Positions 55,148-64,000 of a DNA stretch of 64,000 nucleotides are shown here, one piece after another. The stretch comes from Candidatus Aenigmatarchaeota archaeon (GTDB lineage Archaea > Aenigmatarchaeota > Aenigmatarchaeia > PWEA01 > JACQIF01). The translations under genes were made by a program, and so were the position numbers. Below the pieces are notes generated by a model. It was not told the origin of the DNA, did no database searches, and saw nothing but the letters and a program-made list of their open reading frames with translations. How positions within the stretch are numbered: the first letter of the stretch is position 1; each line of letters begins with the position of its first letter. Where the stretch lies: positions 192,001-256,000 of the forward strand of contig CP066684.1 in NCBI GenBank assembly GCA_016432325.1. Direction: 5' to 3'.

Positions 55148-56329
55148 ATGTCAGAATTCGCCAAGACCGTCATGATAGGCCTTCTTCTTCTGGCCGCGGC
55201 AATCGTTTCCGTCAGCGGCGACATAGACTTTCTCGGCAGCCCTTCAGGCGCCGGCTACCGCTTCTCGCCTTCTGGCGGAACGCTGCGCGCGTCAGAAAGC
55301 GGCGATGGAGAGGACATATTCTTCGTAGGCACGGGACAAGTCGAGGACTTCGCGCGGAAGACGTTGGCGAGCCCGTTCGCCGTCAGCTACCTCAAGCAGG
55401 ACACCGTTCACGCCTCTTTCAAGAACCTGACCGTTGCCAGAGGCCTCTTCCGCAACCAGGAAGAACGCGTCTCCTTCGAGATAGGCACCACAAGGGACAT
55501 TAAGGGAGGCACTCTCAGTGGCAAGGTAATAAACACCAACCGCTACGGGGCTTTCATAGTCAAGCTCAATCAGAAAACTATATTCAACAAGGCGATGAAG
55601 ATAGGGGATACGTTCGAGACAGACGTTTCGCCTGACCTCTTCGTGAACGGCACCAACGAACTCGTCATCGGAGCGACTTCCAGCGGTTGGCGACTGTGGG
55701 CACCGACAGTTTTCATCGCAGACGTCGCTTTCACCAGCGGCCAGGAGGGCGCGATAAGCAAGAACATGGACTTCAGCATACCGTCGGACCGCATTCCCGC
55801 GAACAAGGGCCGCTTCGTGTTCAGGGCCGAGCGAACGTCGGGGAACGGCACGCTCTCGATACGCCTCAACGACGAACAGATTTTCAATCAGGCGCCCAGC
55901 AACAACAGCCTGACCATCGTCGACGTCGCCGGATCCATCGTCAAAACGGAGAACAACGCGACATTCAAAGCCAGCGGCAACGCCAGCTACCAGCTCTCGT
56001 CCTTGGAGTTCATTTACTTCTACAACCGCGGGCCGGCAATCAACGCCACGAAGACGTTCACGCTGACCAAGAAAGACGTGGAAGCTCTCCCCGGAACGCT
56101 TGAAATAAAGATAAGCAAGGTGGTCGGAAGCCCAACTGCTCTGTGGCTGGATGTCGTGCGCCCGGACCGCACGACAACGCGCGTCGTACCGCAGGGAATC
56201 CTGGAAACAGGCAATACGCTGTCCGTCACGCTGACCAAGGCGAACGTCGCCGAAGGCACGAACACCGTGAAGTTCTACGTCACAGGCCGCGGAGGATACG
56301 AGATAAGCAGGTTCGAAGCCAAGCCTTGA
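55148..56329 (+). CDS. secreted beta-rich surface protein
   Basis: Signal peptide; many N-x-S/T sequons. Confidence 0.65.
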   Translation: MSEFAKTVMIGLLLLAAAIVSVSGDIDFLGSPSGAGYRFSPSGGTLRASESGDGEDIFFVGTGQVEDFARKTLASPFAVSYLKQDTVHASFKNLTVARGLFRNQEERVSFEIGTTRDIKGGTLSGKVINTNRYGAFIVKLNQKTIFNKAMKIGDTFETDVSPDLFVNGTNELVIGATSSGWRLWAPTVFIADVAFTSGQEGAISKNMDFSIPSDRIPANKGRFVFRAERTSGNGTLSIRLNDEQIFNQAPSNNSLTIVDVAGSIVKTENNATFKASGNASYQLSSLEFIYFYNRGPAINATKTFTLTKKDVEALPGTLEIKISKVVGSPTALWLDVVRPDRTTTRVVPQGILETGNTLSVTLTKANVAEGTNTVKFYVTGRGGYEISRFEAKP

Positions 56330-56388
56330 GCGGCTTTTCAGGCTTAAATAATCTGGGAACGAAGTGCGAATAGACAGTAGGTCTTCAC

Positions 56389-59124
56389 ATGGCGAAGGAG
56401 AGATGTCGTTTTTGCAACTTGCTTATCGAAGACTATGACATGAACGACCACATGTCTGCGCTCCACCGCAACCAGATGGCGGCAGAAGTGGCTGCTGCGC
56501 GGGCGGAGAGGTCGGTCCAAACAGAGCGCACTGTAGGAGGAGAGATAATACGCGCACAGCGGCAGGCAGAGGCCGAAGCCGCCGCGCGTGAGAGAAGGCT
56601 CGTTGACGAGTCCCGCAGGCAGGCGGCCGTGGATGCTGCCAGACGACAGGCGGATAGAGATGCGATACAAGCACGCATAGACGAACAAAAACGCGAACAA
56701 GAACGGAAGCGCCGTGTCGCCGAAGCAGGAGATTATCTGGGTCCTGAACAACAACACCTTTATCAGTTGGCTGGAGGCACGAAACAAAGCCAAGATGAGG
56801 ATCGCCGCGTACGCGAAGCGCGCAGGCGCTCGGAAAGAGGCGAGGGTAGAGATATCCCGCAGGCACCAGAGGCATTGGGCGGCCTGTTTGGAAGGGCAGA
56901 GGAGGAAGCGGCACTCGAGCAGAGGCGCATTGCGGCCATCGGACAGGCGGCTGGATTTGCGACGGCTCAATTTGCGGCCCAGAGAACGCTCGGTGCCAGA
57001 GCCGCTCGCGCAAGACGCGCGGCAACAGGAGGCGTCATGAGGTTGGGCCGCGGCATCAAAGGCGGCGCCAAGTGGGTCGTGGGCAAGATAATCCCTCCGG
57101 GCGGCAGCAGCAGAGCGTCCAGATACAGCGTCGAAATCGTTGAAATATTGTTCGGCATCATAATATCCGCGGTACTCTACTTCGTCCTGAGCCGCTATCT
57201 TGGCGCGCCTTGGGCGGAGCTGTTCTTGGCGGGCGGCGTTTTGCTCACCCTGAGCTTCGTCTTCCCCAGCAAGGGGCAGGTTGGAGTCGCGGGTCTCTTC
57301 CTTAGGTTCGTCGGCCTGCTGTTGGTCGCGATGGCGTTTTCCACGCGGCAGGAAGTCATCACGTTCCTGATACTGTTCGCCGCGTTCTTTGCCTTCCCGC
57401 AGACCTATCTTGGCAAGGACGTCGCTGACAGGATAAAGCCTCTCCTGAGAGGCCTCTTCGGTGTTGCAATCGCCGCGTTCACTTTCTTGATATTCAGCGG
57501 CGGCTACGGTCTGCCTGCGATAACGGGCTTGTCGTGGGGAATGGGACTGATGACAGCCGGGCTCCTCATATCGACCCCGCAAGTCGAGGGCGCATTCCTC
57601 AAGATAAGGAAGTCTCCAAGCGTCTTGGCCACCGGAGCTGTCATAGCCGGGCTGGGACTGGGAACATACCACTTGCTTATCATAGAAGGAGCGTTGGTCA
57701 CGTCCATAATATTCCTGGTGATGGGTGTGGTCTCCGCGTACATCGCCTGGACGATAGACCCGATGGAACGCAGCATGGTCGGCGCGCCGCTCGTGATAAT
57801 CTTCATCGGGCTTTTGATAGTCGGTTCCGGCACGGCGCAACAGTCCGTGGGTCAGGCCGCATTCGGAGTCTACTGGCCCAACATACAGACGACTCTCGAA
57901 CCGATATCCGGCGCCCTGAGGGGCTTCGGAGGCGGAACGACAACGCTCCAGATAGGCGTCGAATGTTTAGCCGACCCGATAGGCTGCCAGCAGAGGTTCA
58001 AACCGCAAGCCAAGACGGCCGGAACGGTCAAAGCCGTCGAAATCGTGCAGATGTCTGTCCTCGGCGAGCAGACCATAAGCCGCGTCTATTCGGAAAACAA
58101 GGTGCTTCTCGAAATCAGGAACGACGGCACGACAGACGCGAAGAACATCGAAGTCACGTTCCTCAAGCCGACTCTCGGAGTCAAGGCTGACGGCGAACTT
58201 TGTGAAACCACTCTCGACTGCATACCGAAGGTGCAGTGCCCGACAGGCACTGGTCGGCTCACAGGAGAAGGAGTCTCCTGCACGATAGGAAACCTCTTCC
58301 CCGGAGAACCGGCGCAGATGATAGCCACGTACAAGATAGACCTCACGAAGGCCAACGTCGAACCGAGAGGCAACTCCGTCAGCTATAAGGCAGACGTCGC
58401 GTACGCTTATGACGCGTCGTCATCAATGGACGTCACGCTGCTGAGAAGCGACTTCTACGACGATCTGGCCAAGAACGGCCGCCTGAAGTTCACCACGGCC
58501 ACTAGTACAGACACGGGCGGACCTGTGCGCATCGCGCTGGCCATCTACAACAACCAGATGCCCATACGCGCCGGACTGGACGCGGCTCCGATACTGCTGC
58601 AGCTGGAGAACCAAGGCAGCGGCCGCGTGACTAATGTTGCGTCCGCTTCCGTGAACGTCGCGAATCTTGTCGACAGGGCTCCTGAAAACGGCTGGGGCGA
58701 CCTGAACAAGAACCTCTGCTCCACCGAAGGATACAACGGGGAGGAGCCCGAACTGAGCATCACCGCTCCCATAGAGTCGCCGTTAGAGGCGTCTGACCCG
58801 GAACAGACGACCAAACGCACGTCGTGCATAATCCCGTTGAAGGACGTGCAGGTCGAAAGCCAGACAGAGGGTCTTGTGGCAAACGTGGCGTACGTATACA
58901 CCCAGTCCAGAACGCTCCGCGCCAACATCGAGTTCGGAATGGGCAAGGTGTGCGAATGCAAGGCAGGTACGAACGCTCCCAACGCCGGCGCGAAAGTGAC
59001 GACCTACGGCAACGAGGACGAAACGTGCAAGGACTGCCAGACCTTCTGCGGCGGCAAGGAGAACGTTCAGAGCGCGCCCGAGGGGTCCACTAACGAACAA
59101 AAGGCGAGCTACGCCTGCGGATAA
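56389..59124 (+). CDS. large membrane protein: C2H2 Zn finger, coiled coil, ~9-10 TM segments, extracellular Ig-like domains
   Basis: CRFC...HMSALH; R/E/A-rich helix; hydrophobic core; IRNDG, GGPV, LENQGSG, Cys-rich tail. Confidence 0.7.
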   Translation: MAKERCRFCNLLIEDYDMNDHMSALHRNQMAAEVAAARAERSVQTERTVGGEIIRAQRQAEAEAAARERRLVDESRRQAAVDAARRQADRDAIQARIDEQKREQERKRRVAEAGDYLGPEQQHLYQLAGGTKQSQDEDRRVREARRRSERGEGRDIPQAPEALGGLFGRAEEEAALEQRRIAAIGQAAGFATAQFAAQRTLGARAARARRAATGGVMRLGRGIKGGAKWVVGKIIPPGGSSRASRYSVEIVEILFGIIISAVLYFVLSRYLGAPWAELFLAGGVLLTLSFVFPSKGQVGVAGLFLRFVGLLLVAMAFSTRQEVITFLILFAAFFAFPQTYLGKDVADRIKPLLRGLFGVAIAAFTFLIFSGGYGLPAITGLSWGMGLMTAGLLISTPQVEGAFLKIRKSPSVLATGAVIAGLGLGTYHLLIIEGALVTSIIFLVMGVVSAYIAWTIDPMERSMVGAPLVIIFIGLLIVGSGTAQQSVGQAAFGVYWPNIQTTLEPISGALRGFGGGTTTLQIGVECLADPIGCQQRFKPQAKTAGTVKAVEIVQMSVLGEQTISRVYSENKVLLEIRNDGTTDAKNIEVTFLKPTLGVKADGELCETTLDCIPKVQCPTGTGRLTGEGVSCTIGNLFPGEPAQMIATYKIDLTKANVEPRGNSVSYKADVAYAYDASSSMDVTLLRSDFYDDLAKNGRLKFTTATSTDTGGPVRIALAIYNNQMPIRAGLDAAPILLQLENQGSGRVTNVASASVNVANLVDRAPENGWGDLNKNLCSTEGYNGEEPELSITAPIESPLEASDPEQTTKRTSCIIPLKDVQVESQTEGLVANVAYVYTQSRTLRANIEFGMGKVCECKAGTNAPNAGAKVTTYGNEDETCKDCQTFCGGKENVQSAPEGSTNEQKASYACG

Positions 59125-59169
59125 AGGCTTTATATTGCTGTGCGACAAAAACGGACATACGGGATAAAG

Positions 59170-60162
59170 ATGAACAAACTTCCGCTCATCGCAGTCTTTT
59201 TTGTAATATTTATGGCCGGCTGCGTCGGCGGCTTCGAAGGCTTCAAGTTCGGGGGCTCGGCAACGACGATAGAAGCGCCGGATGACGTGCTTTTGATAAC
59301 GGACGCCAAGGTCGTTCCGACTCCTCCAATACCGGCAGATTCCACTTTTGACCTCACGTTCCTCGTCGAGAACACAGGAGACGCGGAAACCGGCAAGGAA
59401 GCGAAGGCAACTAAGATTTACGCCTTCAACTGGGGCAGGTGCGAGCCTGCAATGGGTGGGAAAGAAGGATACGGCAATGCCAACGAATGGAAGAATACAA
59501 CCGGAGAGGCGCTTATAGGCATACCAAACCAAGAAACAAGCGGCGGCCGAACCATATTCCCTGGCGGAGGCGCGTACCTTGTCGAGTGGACCTTCCGCTC
59601 GCCCACCAACGACGAACTGGGCCGCGTGCAGGGCATCTGCACAGTCCAGTACAAGGTCGGATACGACTTCACGGCGCTGACAGTAACGGACGTTAACGTC
59701 GTCAGCGAAGCGCGCCTGCGCGAAGCCAACCGCGCCGGCGAGACGATAACCGTCACGCCCATAACGAGCAAGTCCAAGGGACCGCTTAAGATAGATATCG
59801 CGATAGGGGCAGACCAACCCATACGCGAGGGCACGACCGTCCCTATACGTGTCTCCGTCGAAGACCGTGGGGCCGGGCTCACGAGAGAGGTTGGAAAGGA
59901 GGCGCTCACGATAACATTCCCCGACGCCTTCATAAAGATAGACTGTGAGAAAGGTGGTTTTAAGAGAGCTGTCGCCGAGAAGCCTGTATATACAAACGCA
60001 GAGGCGATGCCTTTCATCAGAAAGGAGACTCCTCCGCTCAGGTGCGACGTGACTATGCCGTCCGCAACGGATTTGAGGACGTACACTATCAACGCGCAGA
60101 TGGACTACCGTTATGAACTGTTCGACGAAACGGACGTCTCAATAACGCCGACGATTGGCTAA
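59170..60162 (+). CDS. lipoprotein-like two-Ig-domain surface protein
   Basis: FMAGC; VENTG, GPLKIDI, VEDRGAG, YRY. Confidence 0.65.
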   Translation: MNKLPLIAVFFVIFMAGCVGGFEGFKFGGSATTIEAPDDVLLITDAKVVPTPPIPADSTFDLTFLVENTGDAETGKEAKATKIYAFNWGRCEPAMGGKEGYGNANEWKNTTGEALIGIPNQETSGGRTIFPGGGAYLVEWTFRSPTNDELGRVQGICTVQYKVGYDFTALTVTDVNVVSEARLREANRAGETITVTPITSKSKGPLKIDIAIGADQPIREGTTVPIRVSVEDRGAGLTREVGKEALTITFPDAFIKIDCEKGGFKRAVAEKPVYTNAEAMPFIRKETPPLRCDVTMPSATDLRTYTINAQMDYRYELFDETDVSITPTIG

Positions 60163-60194
60163 AGCTTATATATCGGTTTCTTCTAACGCAGTTC

Positions 60195-60770
60195 ATGCGC
60201 TCAAAGAAAGGCATCGAGCTGCCCGTCAACATGCTCGTGATGCTCGCAGTAGCGGTCGTAGTCCTTTTGGTCGTCATCGCATGGTTCGTTTCAACTTCTT
60301 CAAGCACTACGCGAACGCAAACGGAGCAACAGCAGTTCCAGTCTTGCTGCTCGAAGTTCGTCACGGCAGGCTGCCCGACAGGCAGCGCAACAACGTTCCC
60401 GACAACAGGCGCATGCGGTTATAATGACGCGAACAGCAACGGCGTCCAAGACGCGGGCGAAGGTTCTGCCACTCTGGGCACGCTAGGCGCGAAGGTCGGC
60501 ATATCAGGAGACTCCGGAATAAGGAGCGCATGCGGCTGCCAGGCAACAACAGGCACGAGCCTTGCCGCTTGCGGTGACGGCGCAGATAACGACGGCGACG
60601 GAGCCATTGACACAAACGACCCGGGATGCTCCAGCGCGTCAGACACATCGGAGATTAGCCAGTGCGCCGATGGCATAGACAACGACGCGGACACCAAGAC
60701 AGACTTCGGAGCCGCGAACACGACCGATCCTCAGTGCAGCAGCCTCGCAGACAACTCAGAAGCATCGTGA
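60195..60770 (+). CDS. class III signal peptide (pilin-like) protein with Ca-binding repeats
   Basis: MRSKKG|IELPVNMLVMLAVAVVV; C.DG.DND.D...D...DP.C twice. Confidence 0.75.
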   Translation: MRSKKGIELPVNMLVMLAVAVVVLLVVIAWFVSTSSSTTRTQTEQQQFQSCCSKFVTAGCPTGSATTFPTTGACGYNDANSNGVQDAGEGSATLGTLGAKVGISGDSGIRSACGCQATTGTSLAACGDGADNDGDGAIDTNDPGCSSASDTSEISQCADGIDNDADTKTDFGAANTTDPQCSSLADNSEAS

Positions 60771-60812
60771 GGTCGTTTTAACCTTTTTATTGGTGCGCGA
60801 CGAAGAGTGCGC

Positions 60813-61730
60813 ATGAAGAACGTGCTTCTCGCCCTGCTGGCCGTCGTTTTGGTAGCAGGCTGCGTCAACTTCGGCGGCTCTCTCGCAGCGTTCACTCTCT
60901 TCCCCACGAAGACGACGTCCACGGTGGAGGACCTCAGGATAGACGTCCAAGCCGCGCCGGACGAGGTTCTGGAAGGCAAGAAGATGACGCTCTTTTTCAC
61001 GCTGACCAACGCCGGCAATACTACCATCAACGATGTTACGCTGACGGTTACGGACACGTGCGCTTTTGACCCTGTAACAGCAACATCGACTGTAAAGACC
61101 TTCGAAACCATCGCTCCAGACGAAATCAAGACACATGACGTGGAGCTGAAAGCGCAGGCCGTCGATACGGAACGCCTTTGCGCGCTGCGCTACGCCACTT
61201 CCTATCGTTCGACAGCCACGCTGCAGACAGACATCGCCGTCGTGTCAGAGGATGAACTCATCCGTCTCAACAGGAAGGGCGAAGAGAGTAACATAGAGAT
61301 AACGGAGGTCCAGTCCCTGGGCCCCGTTCTCATCGATCTGAGGTTTTCCAAGCCTCAGCCCATTCCTGAGAACACGCAGTTCTTCATGTACACCAAGCTT
61401 GTGAACAGCGGGAGCGGAGACGTAACGGAGATAGCGACGCGGGGATTCACAATAGACTATCCGAAGGACCTCATCACGCTGGAAACAAGCGAAGGAAGCG
61501 TCTGTGACGATCTGGACCCCCTCACGCTGCCCGGCGTTTCCACGTTTATAGGCCAGTTCGCCACGTATAAGCCGCTGAAATTCATAGACAAGGAAACCAA
61601 GACCATAACATGCAAACTCAGGACCGGGCCCGTCGGCAGTTCCGTGACGAGAGTCGGAACGTTCCACGCCACGGCGTCCTACAAGTACACGCTGAGAGGG
61701 GAAACTACAGCAACGATAAACCCCGAGTGA
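60813..61730 (+). CDS. lipoprotein-like two-Ig-domain surface protein
   Basis: LVAGC; LTNAG, GPVLIDL, LVNSGSG, YKY. Confidence 0.65.
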   Translation: MKNVLLALLAVVLVAGCVNFGGSLAAFTLFPTKTTSTVEDLRIDVQAAPDEVLEGKKMTLFFTLTNAGNTTINDVTLTVTDTCAFDPVTATSTVKTFETIAPDEIKTHDVELKAQAVDTERLCALRYATSYRSTATLQTDIAVVSEDELIRLNRKGEESNIEITEVQSLGPVLIDLRFSKPQPIPENTQFFMYTKLVNSGSGDVTEIATRGFTIDYPKDLITLETSEGSVCDDLDPLTLPGVSTFIGQFATYKPLKFIDKETKTITCKLRTGPVGSSVTRVGTFHATASYKYTLRGETTATINPE

Positions 61731-61782
61731 CGCTCAAAAAGGTTTATATATTGAAAACGGTTAAGCCTAGCGAGGAGTTCCG

Positions 61783-62733
61783 GTGATACTCAAAAAGCAC
61801 GTTCTGCTCTCAATACTTCTTGTAGTCGCGTTGTCCGGCTGCTTGGGCGGCGGACAGGCGACCGCGCTTTCAAACGAGGGAGTCGTGATAAAGGCGTTTG
61901 AAGCGGACCTGACAGCTCTCGACGGCGGAGACGCGTTTTCCCTGTTCCTGGACGCAGAGAACGTAGGGGGCGCTGAAGCCAGCAACGTGTACGCTCTTCT
62001 CTACGGCATACCAATGACCACGTCCTCGGGAAGCACGGACTCATTCGAGATAGAAACGGGCGAAGACAAGCCGGTGAAGCTCTCGGACAGCTTATTCGCG
62101 CCTGACTCAACGGCAAACCTGCGCGGCGACGTGGCAAGCAAGACATGGGACCTCACAGCTCCTGAGCTGCCGACAGGCGTGACGCAGCCCTATAATCCGC
62201 GCGTGCGGCTCTTCTACAAATACTCTACGATAGCTACCTCAACAGTAACCGCACTGACGTCCTCGGAACACAGAAGGTTGCGCGAGCGCAGCGATGCTAT
62301 CCCAGACCAGACGCAGACCATCGTAAGCGGCGGCCCCATTGGCGTCACTATAAACGCGCGTGCGCCGGTTGTCATAGACGACTTCGCCACCGACAGAATA
62401 CGGCTGATAATCAACGTGGAGGTTCTCCAGAACGGCAACGCCTTCAGTCCCGGCGCGACAGACTTCAAGGATAAGGGCACGGTGGGAGAGAGCGAACTCG
62501 ACAAGGTCGAGATAAAGATAACGGCGCCCGGAACGGACGCGGCAACAGGCGAATGCCAGGCAGTGAAGGATAAGGACACTCTGACGCTGCGCGCGGGCAC
62601 GTCCGCGACGTATTCGTGCGCCTTGAAAACAGACAGTTTCGTGGGCAGGAAGGACATACCTGTCCGCGTTTCGCTGACTTACCACTTCATGACAGACACG
62701 TCAACGACGATAACCGTCGCCGGCGTTTCTTAA
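61783..62733 (+). CDS. lipoprotein-like two-Ig-domain surface protein
   Basis: LSGC; AENVGG, YKY, GPIGVTI, YHF. Confidence 0.65.
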   Translation: MILKKHVLLSILLVVALSGCLGGGQATALSNEGVVIKAFEADLTALDGGDAFSLFLDAENVGGAEASNVYALLYGIPMTTSSGSTDSFEIETGEDKPVKLSDSLFAPDSTANLRGDVASKTWDLTAPELPTGVTQPYNPRVRLFYKYSTIATSTVTALTSSEHRRLRERSDAIPDQTQTIVSGGPIGVTINARAPVVIDDFATDRIRLIINVEVLQNGNAFSPGATDFKDKGTVGESELDKVEIKITAPGTDAATGECQAVKDKDTLTLRAGTSATYSCALKTDSFVGRKDIPVRVSLTYHFMTDTSTTITVAGVS

Positions 62734-62737
62734 ATCC

Positions 62738-63271
62738 CTATACAGAACCGTCCGCCGCGCCCTCGTCTTCTCTAAGAATGTCCGTATACGAAGCCAACGC
62801 TTTGTCCCATACCAGATTGCATGCCTTGTCCAGATCGCCGCATATCTCCCTTGCCATCTTCGCGGGCCTCTTGGCGTTGCGTTCGGTCTTATAATATTTT
62901 ATGATGCCGTCGGCGTCTTCCGGATATCTCCTGCGTATGCGGTCTTCTAGCGCGAACTGAAGAGCCTCTCTCCGCGCTTTCTTCGCGCGGCCGGCGAGAT
63001 TGGCCGATACGAGAAAGCCTACCAAACCTGCTCCGCCTTTGGCCGCCGCGTCCAAGCCTGAAGCGTCCGTGACCTCGAGAGAGCTTTTTATCCCGAGGCC
63101 TGCCGCCACCAAGGCGCCCGCCGAATAGGCGACGCACCTGCCGTTGAAGAATACCGTATTCAGCAGGCCCGCGCCGTCCTCTACGTTCCTCTCCATTCTG
63201 CCGAACCACTCCCTGTCTTCCTGCAAGTAGGGAATGGACCTGTCCGTCGCGACGTCCGATATAGGAGGCAT
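62738..63271 (-). CDS. hypothetical protein with hydrophobic hairpin
   Basis: ORF only. Confidence 0.45.
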   Translation of the reverse strand: MPPISDVATDRSIPYLQEDREWFGRMERNVEDGAGLLNTVFFNGRCVAYSAGALVAAGLGIKSSLEVTDASGLDAAAKGGAGLVGFLVSANLAGRAKKARREALQFALEDRIRRRYPEDADGIIKYYKTERNAKRPAKMAREICGDLDKACNLVWDKALASYTDILREDEGAADGSV

Positions 63272-63396
63272 TTATAGGTCCCTCATTGCGTTTCTGAGCT
63301 GTAAGTATGGAATCGCAATTCCATGCATTTTACCACTATTACGTTATGAACAGTAAGTTATTTAAGGGCGTCGTTAATGCCCTGTCTGGGGTTATA

Positions 63397-64000
63397 GTGC
63401 TCGTATACGCCGATTTTCACCTGCATTCGAAATACAGCCGCGCGACCAGCAAGGAGATGTGGCCGGACGCGCTGGAGAAGTACGCGAAGATGAAGGGTTT
63501 GAACCTTCTCGGAACAGGAGACATCACTCACCCTAAATACCTGCAAGTCCTCAAGGAGAGCCTGCACGAAGACGGGACAGGCATTCTACGAACAAAGGAA
63601 GGATTCACGTACGTTCTCCAAGGCGAAATATCGCTCGTATACACCCAAGACGGCCGCTCGCATCGCGTTCATCATTTGTTGCTGGCCCCGGACTTCGCCA
63701 CAGTGGACGCGATAAACGACTGGTTGGATACGAAGGGACGGCGCGACTATGACGGCCGCCCGATATTCGGCTTCTCGAGCATCGAACTCGCGGAACGCAT
63801 GCACCAGATAAACCCGCGGATAATGGTCATTCCTGCGCACGCGTGGACCCCTTGGTTCTCTGTCTTCGGTTCCAACTCGGGCTTCAACTCGTTGCAGGAA
63901 TGTTTCAAGGACCAGACGAAACGCGTGCACGCGATAGAAACGGGGCTGTCGAGCGACCCAGCGATGAACTGGCGCGTAAGCTCGCTTGATTCGGTGGCGC
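63397..64000 (+). CDS. PHP-domain endonuclease Q family protein, N-terminal part (runs off window)
   Basis: Manual translation VLVYADFHLHSKYSRATS...GTGDITHP...DGRP...PAHAWTPW...ETGLSSDP. Confidence 0.88.
   Translation, partial: MLVYADFHLHSKYSRATSKEMWPDALEKYAKMKGLNLLGTGDITHPKYLQVLKESLHEDGTGILRTKEGFTYVLQGEISLVYTQDGRSHRVHHLLLAPDFATVDAINDWLDTKGRRDYDGRPIFGFSSIELAERMHQINPRIMVIPAHAWTPWFSVFGSNSGFNSLQECFKDQTKRVHAIETGLSSDPAMNWRVSSLDSVA

Overview
Archaeal chromosome segment, GC roughly mid-50s % by eye. The archaeal call rests on L21e/Rpo4/S19e/L39e/L31e/S27ae, Pus10, TrmY, Rpp21, split Kae1 and Bud32, TATA-type promoters and GGAGGTGA-type SD sites. A DPANN-like lineage is my inference. Most of the window is housekeeping and metabolism: tRNA modification, H+-PPase, GDH, TrxB, a lipA-E1a-E1b-E2-lipB cluster and EndoQ. 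The ORF track misses three tRNA genes that carry seven introns in total: Trp(CCA) with two, Gly(UCC) with three and Ala(GGC) with two. Main leads: (1) an AT-rich ~3.2 kb islet right after tRNA-Trp, with a TIR gene translationally coupled to a 251-aa protein that reads like a truncated HK97 capsid/encapsulin fold (candidate antiviral system); (2) a signalling locus with no histidine kinase, made of double-domain KaiC, an output-less CHASE-HAMP sensor, H-NOX and two degenerate KaiC-like proteins; (3) a radical SAM enzyme with two upstream small Cys-containing peptides; (4) a dispersed TGAAAC-N4-GTTTCA hairpin that usually sits inside 40-51 bp local duplications; (5) a pilin and paralogous surface-protein cluster. 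All family assignments come from reading motifs by eye; no searches were run.
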